From positions 64,001 through 128,000 of IMG/VR virus record IMGVR_UViG_3300021592_000001: a stretch of DNA of 64,000 nucleotides; one strand, written 5' to 3'. A model generated the notes under the pieces. It was not told where the DNA came from, made no database searches, and was given only the letters and a program-made list of their open reading frames with translations. The position numbers were made by a program, and so were the translations under genes. The stretch is from a virus (taxonomy: Duplodnaviria; Caudoviricetes). Each line of letters begins with the position of its first letter. Position 1 is the stretch's first letter. Positions 52,501-60,234 of this stretch are shown in pieces.

Positions 52501-54176
52501 GCAGTTCACTAAGCTCCTCCAGTTCCAGTAGCTCTATTTCTACAAGCTCTAGTAGTTCTAGTAGTTCGTCTAACTCAGTTAGCTCATCGTCCAGTAGTTC
52601 ACTAAGTTCTAGCTCAAGTTCCTCGGTTAGCATAAGTAGTAGTTCTTCTAGTTTCAGTAGTTCAAGTAGTTCTTCTCTAAGCAGTTCGAGTTCATCCAGT
52701 TTAAGTAGCTCAAGCTTTTCCAGCTTGAGTAGTTCAAGCAGCTCAAGTCTTAGCAGTAGTTCGAGTTCGAGTTCTTTGTTGAGTTCATCTAGTAGTTCCA
52801 GTTCAAGTAGTTCCATCAGTTCCAGTTCAAATTCATCAAGTAGCTCCAGCTCAAGTCTTTCGTCTTCTAGCAGCTTAAGTTCTTCAAGCTCTAGTAGCTC
52901 ATTGTCGAGCAGTTCTTCAAGTCCCTCTTTGAGCAGCTCGTCAAGCAGCAGTTATTCTGTCAGCAGTTCGTCTGTTTCCTCTAGCTCAAGCTCCTCCAGT
53001 TTAAGTAGTAGCAGTAGGAGTTCTTCAAGCAGCTCTTCTCGATCAAAGTCGTCTAGCTCATCGTCAAACTCTCTATTAGAAGATGAGTATAGTTGGGATC
53101 CAGATAAAACCAATGCAAATGTTACACTCTCTAATGGAAACAGAACTGCTACTGCTGATTCTGACGGCACCAACAGAACTACGATAAGTAAGTGGGTAAA
53201 GAATTCAGGTAAGTGGTATTGGGAAGTGGAGTGTGATGTCAGCACGTATTCGTCTGCTGGAATTTGCGATCAAAGTGAAGACACTGATTTTACTAAAGAC
53301 ACAAGATCTGGTTGGAATGAGTCTTGGGCACACATGAACAATCAACGTAAATATCACGATGGTAGTTACACTTCTGGTGGTGTTGTTTGGAATAAAAATG
53401 TCTTGATGTTTGCTGTTGATATAGATGCTGGTAAGTTTTGGATGGGTGTTGATGGAACTTGGATGGAAGGTGGAGATCCAGCCAATGGAACGAATCCGTT
53501 ATTTGAGGATGCGACCATAATTAATAATGATATATCTGCCTGTTTTACACTTAGGGAGGCAAACGATGTAATCACAGCTCGGTTTAGGGCAGATGAACAA
53601 AGTTACACAACTCCAAGTGGGTTTACTGCTATAGATGGTCAAACTATTTCATCCAGTAGCTCAAGTTCGTCTGTGTCTTTCAGCAGCAGTAGTAGCTGTT
53701 CGTCTTCATCAAGCAGTTCTGAAATTTGTCCTGGGGGTTGGTCTGAAGATAAGTGCACTGGCGGCACCCCTAGTGCTAGTTCAGAACGCTCTGCTACATA
53801 TGGTGTAGCGAAGTTATTTGATGACAATCAATCAACGGCTTGGCATAGCACAGCCGACGATACTCAGTGGGTTCAATATCAATTCGCTTCTGGAGTCAAA
53901 ATAAAAAATCTCAGAATGTCTTCACATTCATCATATCCGGAAAGAACCCCTAACGTTTTTACTCTGTTGGCGTCAAATACTGGAGCTTTCTCAGGAGAAG
54001 AAGATACATTGTTGTCTGTCTCTGGGATATCTTGGTCACCTGCTGAATGGAAAGAGTGGGCGTTTGATAATGATAACATATACACTTATTATAGAATACA
54101 TATGACAGGTAAAGAAGATCCATTTGGTAAAGACTATGAATATATTATTGCTGAAATTGAGATGAGAGAATGTTAA
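46515..54176 (+). CDS. Poly-serine protein 5 (2553 aa): BppU-like N domain, 3 discoidin/F5-8C-like, 2 LamG/ConA and 1 SPRY-like domain, separated by six Ser tracts
   Basis: EGNYESELEIYFPDG (BppU-like); SASSEY..AFNG..W..QFDF..YFRIEI x2 and a C-terminal third; FDGDGDFL..HLALVR..MDEIRVS; GYWKFE..WHFVAMVYDG..GSIDEVAIYSRALS; TLSNGN..SGKWYWEV..DIDAGKFW. Confidence 0.88.
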   Translation: MSEDHYIQIEIDLVTGTGTRYVRLKEGERKIFEFNVTESGEAADLIGCDFTYIIEDKDGVEWVRVEDSDFDKLEADKGIVRALVPLDIPEGNYESELEIYFPDGEIDKSQVIRIVLEESVTGHSSSSSSSSSSSSSSSSSSSSSSLSSSSSSSSSSSSSSSFSSSSSSSSSSSSSSSRSSSSSSSSSSWSSSSSSSSSSSSRSSSSSSSSSSSSSSSSSSSSSSSSSSSSRSSSSSSSSWSSSSSSSSSSSRSSSSSSRSSSSSSSSSRSSSSSSLSSSSSSRSSSSSSSRSSSSSSSSYSSSSSSSSSSSSSLSSSSSSSSSSYSSSSSSSSLSSSSSSSSSSVSSSSSSVSSSSSSSLSSSSSSSLSSSSSSSVSSSSSSSSLSSSSSSSSSFSSSSSSSSSSYSSSSTSSSSSSSSLSISSSSSSSSSSSSSSSSLSSSSSSYSSSSSSSYVCGSDCTLYAGNEERKYQCSASSEYSWRYSAQEAFNGIYTDCWISAEDNGPNPDGSCYLQFDFLEKKKICSFRMARRDPATCENFPKNVSIYGSDSGLFTGEQAYLGSFQNDNVSPGQWAQWHFIPVPLWFRYFRIEIHSMWTSGFSEPWVAVKEVEFCESVESSSSSSSSSSSFSSSSSSSSLSFSSSSSSRSSSSSSSISSSSSSSSSSLSSSSSSSLSSSSSSSSVSSSSSSSSSISSSSSSSSSSSSFSLSSSSSSSSSSKSSSSTSSSSSLSSSSSSSSSSSSSSSSSSSSSSSSSSSFSSSSSSSSSFSSSSSSSSSTAGLEGAWYEGSPLRKHECSASSEYSWRYVAEEAFNGGESETGGDCWISAEDNGPSPDGSCFIQFDFDVDRKIMFLQMARRDPANSENFPKDIKVYGSKTGEFEGEEDFLGAFQNDDVAPGEWAKWHDISSPFFYSSLRIEIHSMWTSGIEANWVAVKEIRFILDLESSSSSSSSSSSSSSSSSSSSSSSSSSSSSSSSLSSSSSSSSSSSSSSSSSSSSSSSSFSSSSSSSSSSSSLSSSSSSSSSSSSSSSSSLSSSSSSSSSSSSLSSSSSSSSYSSSSSSSISSSSSSSSSSLSSSSSSSLSSSSSSSSSSNSSSSSSSKSSSSSSSSSSSLSSSSSSSSSSVSSSSSSSLSSSSSSSSLSSSSSSSSLSSSSSSSLSSSSSSSSSSSLSSSSSSSNSSSSSSYSSSSSSSNSSSSSSSSSFSFSSSSSSSSSSISSSSSSSSSSLSSSSSSSSSSSSSSSSSSLSSSSSSSSSSRSSSSSMTVCGDDINAVLLIHSDDPDGSTDFEDSGNGEGCPHPITAHGNVHHETAYKKFGVSSIQFDGDGDFLTCPDSSAWNFGSGPFTFDIQAMFQSYSVGSVYTFFSQGTNDNNRWVWEIDASENKMKFIAVIDGNVYTVTSQEWSPSLNVFYHLALVRSGNTIYFFVDGQSKGTGFFNQTLPDLTGLLVIGARYSFGTGQYMNFFNGCMDEIRVSDVARWTSDFDPPINPYQSCSSSSSSSSSRSSSSSSLSLSSSSSSSSFSSSSSSSFSSSSSSSLSSSSLSSSSSSSLSSSSSSSSSSSNSSSSSSSLSSSSSSSSSSSSNSSSSSSSHSSSSSSSSSSSSSYSSSSSSSSSSSYASSATKTYEFDVPSEYTYDSDKIEVVDDVAKLKSTSDYDSLAGYWKFEDNADDSSDNNNDGTVYGGSYIDGKVDRCLYLDGVDDYVDCGNGSSLDITGNLTITAWIKPSTAQSNYPPIVQKGAFQVASDSAYALRLEANHYLNGIVAIGGTFYGANSGSSLADDTWHFVAMVYDGSSLKLYVDDTEVANTSVSGSINSVTNSLMIGKKESGGGNEYYFKGSIDEVAIYSRALSASELSDLYNSGAGRHLIKYPNDKPTVCPVNSWVVSGFEAFTSFTETLGTGNQGNIRYQLSDDDGATWKYWNGNDWVTTTDQYNDAATVNANISSFPIDNEKILFKAFLVSDGQQQCELDKVIISVGSLSSSSSSSSSASVSSSSSSSSLSSSSSSSSISTSSSSSSSSSNSVSSSSSSSLSSSSSSSVSISSSSSSFSSSSSSSLSSSSSSSLSSSSFSSLSSSSSSSLSSSSSSSSLLSSSSSSSSSSSISSSSNSSSSSSSSLSSSSSLSSSSSSSSLSSSSSSPSLSSSSSSSYSVSSSSVSSSSSSSSLSSSSRSSSSSSSRSKSSSSSSNSLLEDEYSWDPDKTNANVTLSNGNRTATADSDGTNRTTISKWVKNSGKWYWEVECDVSTYSSAGICDQSEDTDFTKDTRSGWNESWAHMNNQRKYHDGSYTSGGVVWNKNVLMFAVDIDAGKFWMGVDGTWMEGGDPANGTNPLFEDATIINNDISACFTLREANDVITARFRADEQSYTTPSGFTAIDGQTISSSSSSSSVSFSSSSSCSSSSSSSEICPGGWSEDKCTGGTPSASSERSATYGVAKLFDDNQSTAWHSTADDTQWVQYQFASGVKIKNLRMSSHSSYPERTPNVFTLLASNTGAFSGEEDTLLSVSGISWSPAEWKEWAFDNDNIYTYYRIHMTGKEDPFGKDYEYIIAEIEMREC

Positions 54177-54244
54177 AAGATTTCACTTTTAAAGCGAACA
54201 GAAAATAGCAAATCTCTCATCTCTTTAAATGAGAGGAAACGCAC

Positions 54245-54346
54245 GATCCAGTGACAGGAATGCAAGACTTATTCAATCTTTCCTGAATGCAGAAGGAAGC
54301 ATGGGCAGGAGCAAGAGAACCAGTTTGGTTCTCTCGCTATCGTGGA
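54245..54346 (+). pseudogene. Eroded fragment of a GT9-like paralog
   Basis: Across frameshifts it reads DPVTGMQDLFNL/FLNAEGSMG/AGAREPVWFSRYRG, matching TDGIRKLFNLFLNADGSAG...AGAREPVWFTRYPG of the 42960 protein. Confidence 0.8.
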
Positions 54347-54383
54347 TTTTCGGCTTTAACATCTTAGTATTTGGAGAAGTGTT

Positions 54384-55025
54384 ATGCAAAAAAGAATATC
54401 AGATGACTTCCACATATATTACGAAGAGAATAGAATATGGGAGAAGTCTTCCTGGTTAGGTATTCCGATGTGGAAGTTGCCCTTTGATGCGTGGATCCTG
54501 CAAGAATTGATATTCAAACATAGACCAGATTATATTATAGAAACTGGAACTGGTCATGGTGGCTCGTCTGTATTCTACGCATCTATAATGTATATGGTTA
54601 AGTGCGGCAAGGTCATAACTGTAGATAAAGAGAATAAGCTATCTCCTATGCACGGAATTACAAAGTATTTGTGGGATACGAGAGTGGAATTTATAGAAGG
54701 GTCTAGTGTGGATCCAGGCGTAGTCAGGATGATTTCCGAAAAGGTGCAAGGACATTTCAATTTCGTTGTTCTTGATTCCTGGCATTCCTATGATCACGTG
54801 TTGAAAGAGCTGCATCTGTATTCCCCCCTTGTTCCAGTTGGAGGTTACCTAATTGTGGAAGACACTCATGTAAATGGTAATCCATGCCCATGGAAATGGG
54901 GAGATGGTCCTATGGAAGCCGTAGAAACATTCCTGTCAGAAACTTCTGACTTTGAAATAGACAAGGAATGTGAGAAATTTATTATGACCTTTAATCCTAA
55001 CGGTTTCCTGAGAAGAAAGAAGTAA
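54384..55025 (+). CDS. CmcI/cephalosporin-hydroxylase-family methyltransferase (rhamnosyl O-methyltransferase-like)
   Basis: WLGIP..K.P.D..QELI..PDYIIETGTGHGGS, EGSS, LDSWHSYDHV..EL..Y..LV..G.YLIVED, NPNGFL. Confidence 0.9.
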   Translation: MQKRISDDFHIYYEENRIWEKSSWLGIPMWKLPFDAWILQELIFKHRPDYIIETGTGHGGSSVFYASIMYMVKCGKVITVDKENKLSPMHGITKYLWDTRVEFIEGSSVDPGVVRMISEKVQGHFNFVVLDSWHSYDHVLKELHLYSPLVPVGGYLIVEDTHVNGNPCPWKWGDGPMEAVETFLSETSDFEIDKECEKFIMTFNPNGFLRRKK

Positions 55026-55050
55026 ATCATAGTATTAGGAGGATAGAATT

Positions 55051-56175
55051 ATGAGCACTAAGCATTCAAAGTTTATTCCCCTTTTCAAAGTATTTATGAG
55101 TAAAGCAGTAGACGGTCCTCTATTGAAGACACTCCATTCTGGATGGATAGGTCAGTGTTCGAAAGTGGATGAATTCGAAGAAGCTCTTTCCAAGAAGTTG
55201 AATAATCCAAATTGTTTGACTTTGGCTGCTGGAACTCATGGTTTGCATTTAGCTCTTAGACTGCTGGACATTGGTCCTGGCGATGAAGTTATTTCTACAC
55301 CGTTGACCTGTTTTGCTACAAATGTCCCAGTTCTATATACAGGAGCGGATATAGTTTGGGCAGACGTCCAGAAACATAGCATAAATATAGATCCCGACTC
55401 TGTTAGAGAGAGAATTACCAAAAAGACGAAAGCTATAATATGCGTTCACTGGGGTGGTTATCCGAGTGATCTAAAGGAATTGCACGAGATAGCCGTGCAG
55501 CACAATATAGCTGTAATAGAGGACGCTGCACACGCATACGGTTCTACGTATAGGGATTCTGTTATAGGGGATTGCAAGTATTCGGACTTTGCTATGATCA
55601 GTTTCCAAGCTATAAAAACGCTTACGACCGTTGACGGCGGTTTACTGACTACTCGTTCTAGAGATCACTATAAACGAGGTAAATTATTAAGATGGTATGG
55701 TATGGATAGAGAAGGACCGAGGAAAGAAATGAGATGTATTGACGATGTTCCCGACTATGGTTACAAATATCACATGAACGACGTCTGTGCTACTATTGGT
55801 CTTGTAAATATGAGGGAAGTGGAGAAGAATATAAAAATTGCACAATCAAATGCGGAGTATTATAAAAAGGCTCTCAAAGATGTTGACGGAATAACGTTGA
55901 TTCAAACTTCCACAGATCGTACGTCTTCTTGTTGGTTATTTACAATGCTAGTTGAGGATAGAGACAATTTCTGCAGATTGATGGGAGAGAAGGGAATCCA
56001 CGTATCGAGGGTGCATGAAAGAAACGACAAGTATTCTTGTGTAAGCCAGTTTAGACGGAACGATTTACATAATTTGGAGGAAGTAATGCCAAAGTATATC
56101 TGTATTCCTGTAGGATGGTGGGTAACGAAGGAAGATAGAGAGTATATTGTAGATTCAATAAAACAAGGGTGGTAG
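55051..56175 (+). CDS. DegT/DnrJ/EryC1/StrS PLP-dependent NDP-sugar aminotransferase
   Basis: GDEVI..PLT..AT, KAIICVHWGG, IEDAAHAYG, SFQAIKTLTTVDGG. Confidence 0.93.
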   Translation: MSTKHSKFIPLFKVFMSKAVDGPLLKTLHSGWIGQCSKVDEFEEALSKKLNNPNCLTLAAGTHGLHLALRLLDIGPGDEVISTPLTCFATNVPVLYTGADIVWADVQKHSINIDPDSVRERITKKTKAIICVHWGGYPSDLKELHEIAVQHNIAVIEDAAHAYGSTYRDSVIGDCKYSDFAMISFQAIKTLTTVDGGLLTTRSRDHYKRGKLLRWYGMDREGPRKEMRCIDDVPDYGYKYHMNDVCATIGLVNMREVEKNIKIAQSNAEYYKKALKDVDGITLIQTSTDRTSSCWLFTMLVEDRDNFCRLMGEKGIHVSRVHERNDKYSCVSQFRRNDLHNLEEVMPKYICIPVGWWVTKEDREYIVDSIKQGW

Positions 56176-56195
56176 TGAACTTCTCTACATAATTT

Positions 56196-56513
56196 ATGCG
56201 GAGAGATGAGATGCTTGACATATTATTAAATTGGATCATAAGGAACGTTGGAAGGAGATATATAATCGGAGCTGGCGTCGCTGTAATTTTCTTTTTTGGA
56301 TATGAGCAATACTGTATAAATATGGAACAGCAAAATGCCATAGAAAAGCTAAAGGGTGATATAACCATAGTCCAACAGATACGGAAGGATATAGAAGAGA
56401 TCAAGACAAGGCAACAGCACGACATTGATAAGCTGGATCGCAAGCTCGACAAATTAATTGACTATCTAATTGAAAGAGGTAAAAATGCGGATAATCATGA
56501 GTCGTCAGAATGA
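56196..56513 (+). CDS. Single-TM coiled-coil protein
   Basis: YIIGAGVAVIFFFGY followed by coiled coil. Confidence 0.6.
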   Translation: MRRDEMLDILLNWIIRNVGRRYIIGAGVAVIFFFGYEQYCINMEQQNAIEKLKGDITIVQQIRKDIEEIKTRQQHDIDKLDRKLDKLIDYLIERGKNADNHESSE

Positions 56514-56763
56514 CCCGTATCGTCATATAATGAAGCAGATTATAAAGGATGCAGGTCTATCAGAAAAGGTATTATACAATGGAATACAAGTTGATTTAGA
56601 TGGCGACCCTTATTTATTTCTGATAACTATTTTGAGTACTGGAGATACAATTTCCATCCCTTTTATGAATCCTTATAGTTCACGCAGAATGATAGTAAGG
56701 TTGATAAAGCGAAAGATAGCATCTGCTCTTAGGAAGAGAGGTTTGAAGGGAAAGCTATGGTAG
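56485..56763 (+). CDS. Small hypothetical protein
   Basis: GAGGT RBS before ATG 56485. Confidence 0.55.
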   Translation: MRIIMSRQNDPYRHIMKQIIKDAGLSEKVLYNGIQVDLDGDPYLFLITILSTGDTISIPFMNPYSSRRMIVRLIKRKIASALRKRGLKGKLW

Positions 56764-57434
56764 CGAAGAATAATAAACTTTTCAATGAAAAGGGTGAACA
56801 TATACAGTCCCGACTACTTTATGATCAAGTTTCCAACTGGCATAAATGCCCGTTCCCTTTTTCTAAAACTTTTGGATGGTCTAGATGGGGATTGTTAGGA
56901 GTGTTGGGTGCTTATGTTTTGACTTATGTCGAAGGTGATATTCTCGAAATCGGGGTATGTGAAAGCTCAATATACCTAACGAAGCTAGCAAAGCAGTTCG
57001 GCAGGAAATGCTACCACTGCGATATTCAGGGAGGTATCATTTCCAACTGCAAAAGCGTTAAGGCAGATCCTGGGTATTTTGCAGACAATGCTGTGATATT
57101 TGTCGGTAGTTCTGATGACTTCTTCAAGAAGGTAGATATATCTCCGATAGCTCTTGCTTTTATAGATGGAGATCATACCTATGAGCAAGCCAAAAAAGAT
57201 TTTTGGAATACATTCGATAAAGTAGTTGAAGACGGTTACATTTTTCTACATGATACTTATCCTCCGTCTGAAGACTACACTGTTCCAAGTCTTTGTGGGA
57301 CTGTATATAAGTTGAGGCAGGAGCTTCAGAGGGATGTTCGTGTAGATTGCTTTACCTTTGTGAAATCTGCCATGGAAGTTGGTTTGACTATGGTAAGAAA
57401 AAAAGGGTCTAATTTGAAGCCATTCCAGAGATAA
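56757..57434 (+). CDS. Class I SAM-dependent methyltransferase (Methyltransf_24-like)
   Basis: ILEIGV, SDDFF, AFIDGDHTYE, GYIFLHDT. Confidence 0.88.
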   Translation: MVAKNNKLFNEKGEHIQSRLLYDQVSNWHKCPFPFSKTFGWSRWGLLGVLGAYVLTYVEGDILEIGVCESSIYLTKLAKQFGRKCYHCDIQGGIISNCKSVKADPGYFADNAVIFVGSSDDFFKKVDISPIALAFIDGDHTYEQAKKDFWNTFDKVVEDGYIFLHDTYPPSEDYTVPSLCGTVYKLRQELQRDVRVDCFTFVKSAMEVGLTMVRKKGSNLKPFQR

Positions 57435-57436
57435 GT

Positions 57437-58195
57437 ATGAAAGTAATAAAAACGTCTAAAAAACTTCCTACTACCGAGCAGTTAAGAGCTAATATATATT
57501 GGGGAGCTTCTATATTACGTAGTGTGGATAAGCCAAGACTGGCTGCAGAAGTGATCAGTAGATTGAAATCTGGTCTCCCTGTCGAAAAAGTTCATAATTT
57601 TTTAGTTGAACTGTTGAGGAAATATTTGCCTGGGTCTGTGAGACGTAGGATGTTCAGTTTTACGGGTTCAACGGTTATAAACTTACTTGATATTGGGGAA
57701 TCTTCAGTCATAGATTCTGTGATGGGAGTTTCTGGAAAGAAGTGGACAAGTGTTGGAGTTTTAATAACAGACGGAGAACAGTTTTTAGCCGTTCACCCTA
57801 CCCATTCTGACAAATGGGATATCCCTAAAGGAGTAAGAGAAAGAGGGGAGTCTACAATAGAGGCTGCTATCAGAGAAGTAAAAGAGGAGTGCGGCATAGA
57901 TTTGAGGAAGTATAGAAATAAGATGATTCTGGCGGGCAAATTTCCTTATCTTAAGCATAAGGACTTAGTTGTTTATGTCTTAGTTCTTAAACGCAATGAG
58001 CTCCCTCCTACTTCTACTATGAGATGCTCCTCTTATTTTGAATCCAAAAGTCTTGTGAAGCCAGAAGTTAATAGATGGAGATACATTAAGTTCAGTCATG
58101 TAAATAAATTTAAGTTTCCAAAGAGATTATCTGCGATAATAAAATATTGTCATGAAAAATGGGTTCTATCACTTGGTGAAGGGAGGGTTAAATGA
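57437..58195 (+). CDS. Nudix hydrolase with N-terminal extension
   Basis: WDIPKG plus Nudix box GVRERGESTIEAAIREVKEECG. Confidence 0.9.
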   Translation: MKVIKTSKKLPTTEQLRANIYWGASILRSVDKPRLAAEVISRLKSGLPVEKVHNFLVELLRKYLPGSVRRRMFSFTGSTVINLLDIGESSVIDSVMGVSGKKWTSVGVLITDGEQFLAVHPTHSDKWDIPKGVRERGESTIEAAIREVKEECGIDLRKYRNKMILAGKFPYLKHKDLVVYVLVLKRNELPPTSTMRCSSYFESKSLVKPEVNRWRYIKFSHVNKFKFPKRLSAIIKYCHEKWVLSLGEGRVK

Positions 58196-59259
58196 TTTCA
58201 GATTTAGAAAAGCAGCTGGCGGGTATAAGCCCCTGGAAAGGGGAATTGAATTTTACTGATCTTAGTATAAATTTTAATTCGGTCCCCTTTGATTCAGATA
58301 CTGCTATAATAGTAACATCATTTAAGGGTCACTTGCCTTTTTTGGAAGCTACACTGAAAAACTATAGGCTAACTGGTAAATTTGTTATCTGTTCATACGA
58401 TCCACCGTTCCGTGGATGGGGAGAGAATACAGATAATCAGTATTCTCTTCCCAATCCCAGGATGTTCCTCTTGGCACATGCTTGGTGTTTCAAGCATATA
58501 ACTTACGACGCCGATAAGAGAAATGGGTGGTTCTGGGACGTTAAGTATGCGAGCGGCATAGTCAGCATGTTCCCCAACTTCAAGTATGTTTTCACTGTTA
58601 ATGGGGACTGTCTGTGGGAAAAGCCGAATGGAGTAGATAAGATAATAGAAATATTAGGCGACGGAGACCTTATGTCTAGCTCTAGCTGTGATGTTGTAAC
58701 TCACACTTGCAGCGTGATTTATAAGATTGATGCTTTCAGGAAAATTATCGATTACATGACAGATATAATGGAGAAGCCTGTTGTTGGATCCCATAGTCCA
58801 GAATGCATGTTGAGAGATGCTATTAGGGAATTGGGTCTGAAAGAAGTTAAAGCTCCGAAGCAGCCTATGGATCCTTGGAATCCGTCCGTTATAGACCACT
58901 ATAATAGGTATAAACAGGAATGCACTTGGCGTGAAGTTCTTGGTTTCAGAAATCTTACTGCTGAGCAACAAACCGCTTCAGTGGAAAGAAGACCTCCCGT
59001 AGAAAAGGAACTATGTGACTGGCGGACAGGTGATGGAGCTTATTTAAACAGTCACGAGAGAGCTACGCTTTATCATTATTATAGAACTGGAGATAAGAGA
59101 TGGCTTTATGCTTGGTGGGATCAGGGAGAGGAAAGCTGGTGGGACAGGAAGTATATGCCGATAGAATATTATGGTGATAAACCTATATTAAATGAGCCTC
59201 CTACGTGGTTCACTCACGACGACTTCAATTTTAGAAATTTGAAAAGGGGACAACAATGA
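58192..59259 (+). CDS. Putative GT-A-like transferase, paralog of 60235
   Basis: AIIVTS..FL..L..Y...ICSYD; FKYVFTVNGDCLWEKP; W.E..GFR...AE. Confidence 0.5.
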   Translation: MISDLEKQLAGISPWKGELNFTDLSINFNSVPFDSDTAIIVTSFKGHLPFLEATLKNYRLTGKFVICSYDPPFRGWGENTDNQYSLPNPRMFLLAHAWCFKHITYDADKRNGWFWDVKYASGIVSMFPNFKYVFTVNGDCLWEKPNGVDKIIEILGDGDLMSSSSCDVVTHTCSVIYKIDAFRKIIDYMTDIMEKPVVGSHSPECMLRDAIRELGLKEVKAPKQPMDPWNPSVIDHYNRYKQECTWREVLGFRNLTAEQQTASVERRPPVEKELCDWRTGDGAYLNSHERATLYHYYRTGDKRWLYAWWDQGEESWWDRKYMPIEYYGDKPILNEPPTWFTHDDFNFRNLKRGQQ

Positions 59260-59840
59260 AACAGAAATTAGTAAAATTCATCGAATTTACGCAATCCCGT
59301 TGCATAAAGCCGAATAGAAAAAACAGCAAAGGCAAGTTCCCTAATCTGTGGACTGACGATGACTGGCATTTGGAAGTATCTAAATGTTTGTTGGTAGGTA
59401 TAGATACTTACAGAATTTACAATCCTCCTGCTAGATTCTGGGATAATCCTTATTACGATAAGGAAAAGCTCATAGAAGATTCAACAGTGAAATTAAACAC
59501 TATTGAGTCTTTGAACAAAGTAAAAGATTCTGCAGATAACCTGTTCATCTGCGAAGTTGGTCGTGGTTTGGACATACTGGTCGCTTCGACCGTAAAAAAC
59601 TGGTCTGAAATAATCTGCTATGACTACTACGACTATGAGCCTCTTTTACAATCGTTTTTTGCTTCTGAGTCTATAACGTTTATCTTATCCGACTCGGAAG
59701 TTTTCGATTTCAGTAAAATAGACAAGAAAGTTATTCTTATAGCAAATTGTATTAATTCGATAAGTTTAGATAAAATTACTAATTACAAGAATGATAATAT
59801 CGTTCATATTATTTGGAATGGGGAACTTGTAAGTTTGTAA
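59256..59840 (+). CDS. Hypothetical protein, possibly a degenerate SAM methyltransferase
   Basis: FICEVGRGLD followed by IICYD. Confidence 0.45.
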   Translation: MKQKLVKFIEFTQSRCIKPNRKNSKGKFPNLWTDDDWHLEVSKCLLVGIDTYRIYNPPARFWDNPYYDKEKLIEDSTVKLNTIESLNKVKDSADNLFICEVGRGLDILVASTVKNWSEIICYDYYDYEPLLQSFFASESITFILSDSEVFDFSKIDKKVILIANCINSISLDKITNYKNDNIVHIIWNGELVSL

Positions 59841-59865
59841 AATAAGATAGGGAGGGGAAGAAATC

Positions 59866-60210
59866 ATGCGGAAAGTTACAAACAATACAACAGATACCGT
59901 TGTCAATCTTGTATTAGGTTCTGCTGTCAAAACTATAAAGCCTCGTGAATATTGCTATATAACTGGGAAGGAATATGAAGCTAATTTAGATCTTATAAAT
60001 AAGTTGAAGAACAATGGTCTTATTACTATTGGTGACTGGGAATACGATCCGTCAAATCTGGATTCGCTTGAAGACTGCTTTCCTCATGGGACATCTAGTC
60101 AGCGTCCCTCCAGTCCGTCTATCGGATATACATTTTTTGATCAAACCCTTGGGAAGAACATAGTCTATACTGGTGTAGTATGGGCTAATGTAGATGGAAC
60201 AGCTCTGTGA
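59866..60210 (+). CDS. Small fibre/decoration-like protein
   Basis: C-terminal GTSSQRPSSPSIGYTFFDQTLGK..WANVDG, a motif typical of phage fibre/spike proteins. Confidence 0.65.
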   Translation: MRKVTNNTTDTVVNLVLGSAVKTIKPREYCYITGKEYEANLDLINKLKNNGLITIGDWEYDPSNLDSLEDCFPHGTSSQRPSSPSIGYTFFDQTLGKNIVYTGVVWANVDGTAL

Positions 60211-60234
60211 TTATAAGTTTTAGGAGGAAGAATT

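Noticed and set aside
33009..52816. Minus-strand poly-(Glu/Leu) ORFs (33009, 34989, 35589, 48290, 50984, 52400; also 27057) and plus-strand alternative-frame ORFs in the Ser tracts
   Set aside because: They are automatic shadows of AGY/TCN codon runs. They are fragmented by stops, lack RBSs and run against the operon direction.
26452..54176. Diversity-generating retroelement acting on the repeated domains
   Set aside because: No reverse transcriptase is in the window, and the differences between repeats are not evidently adenine-specific.
54229..54459. 76-aa ORF between the giant gene and the CmcI gene
   Set aside because: It is a chance frame across the GT9 pseudogene fragment and overlaps the next gene.
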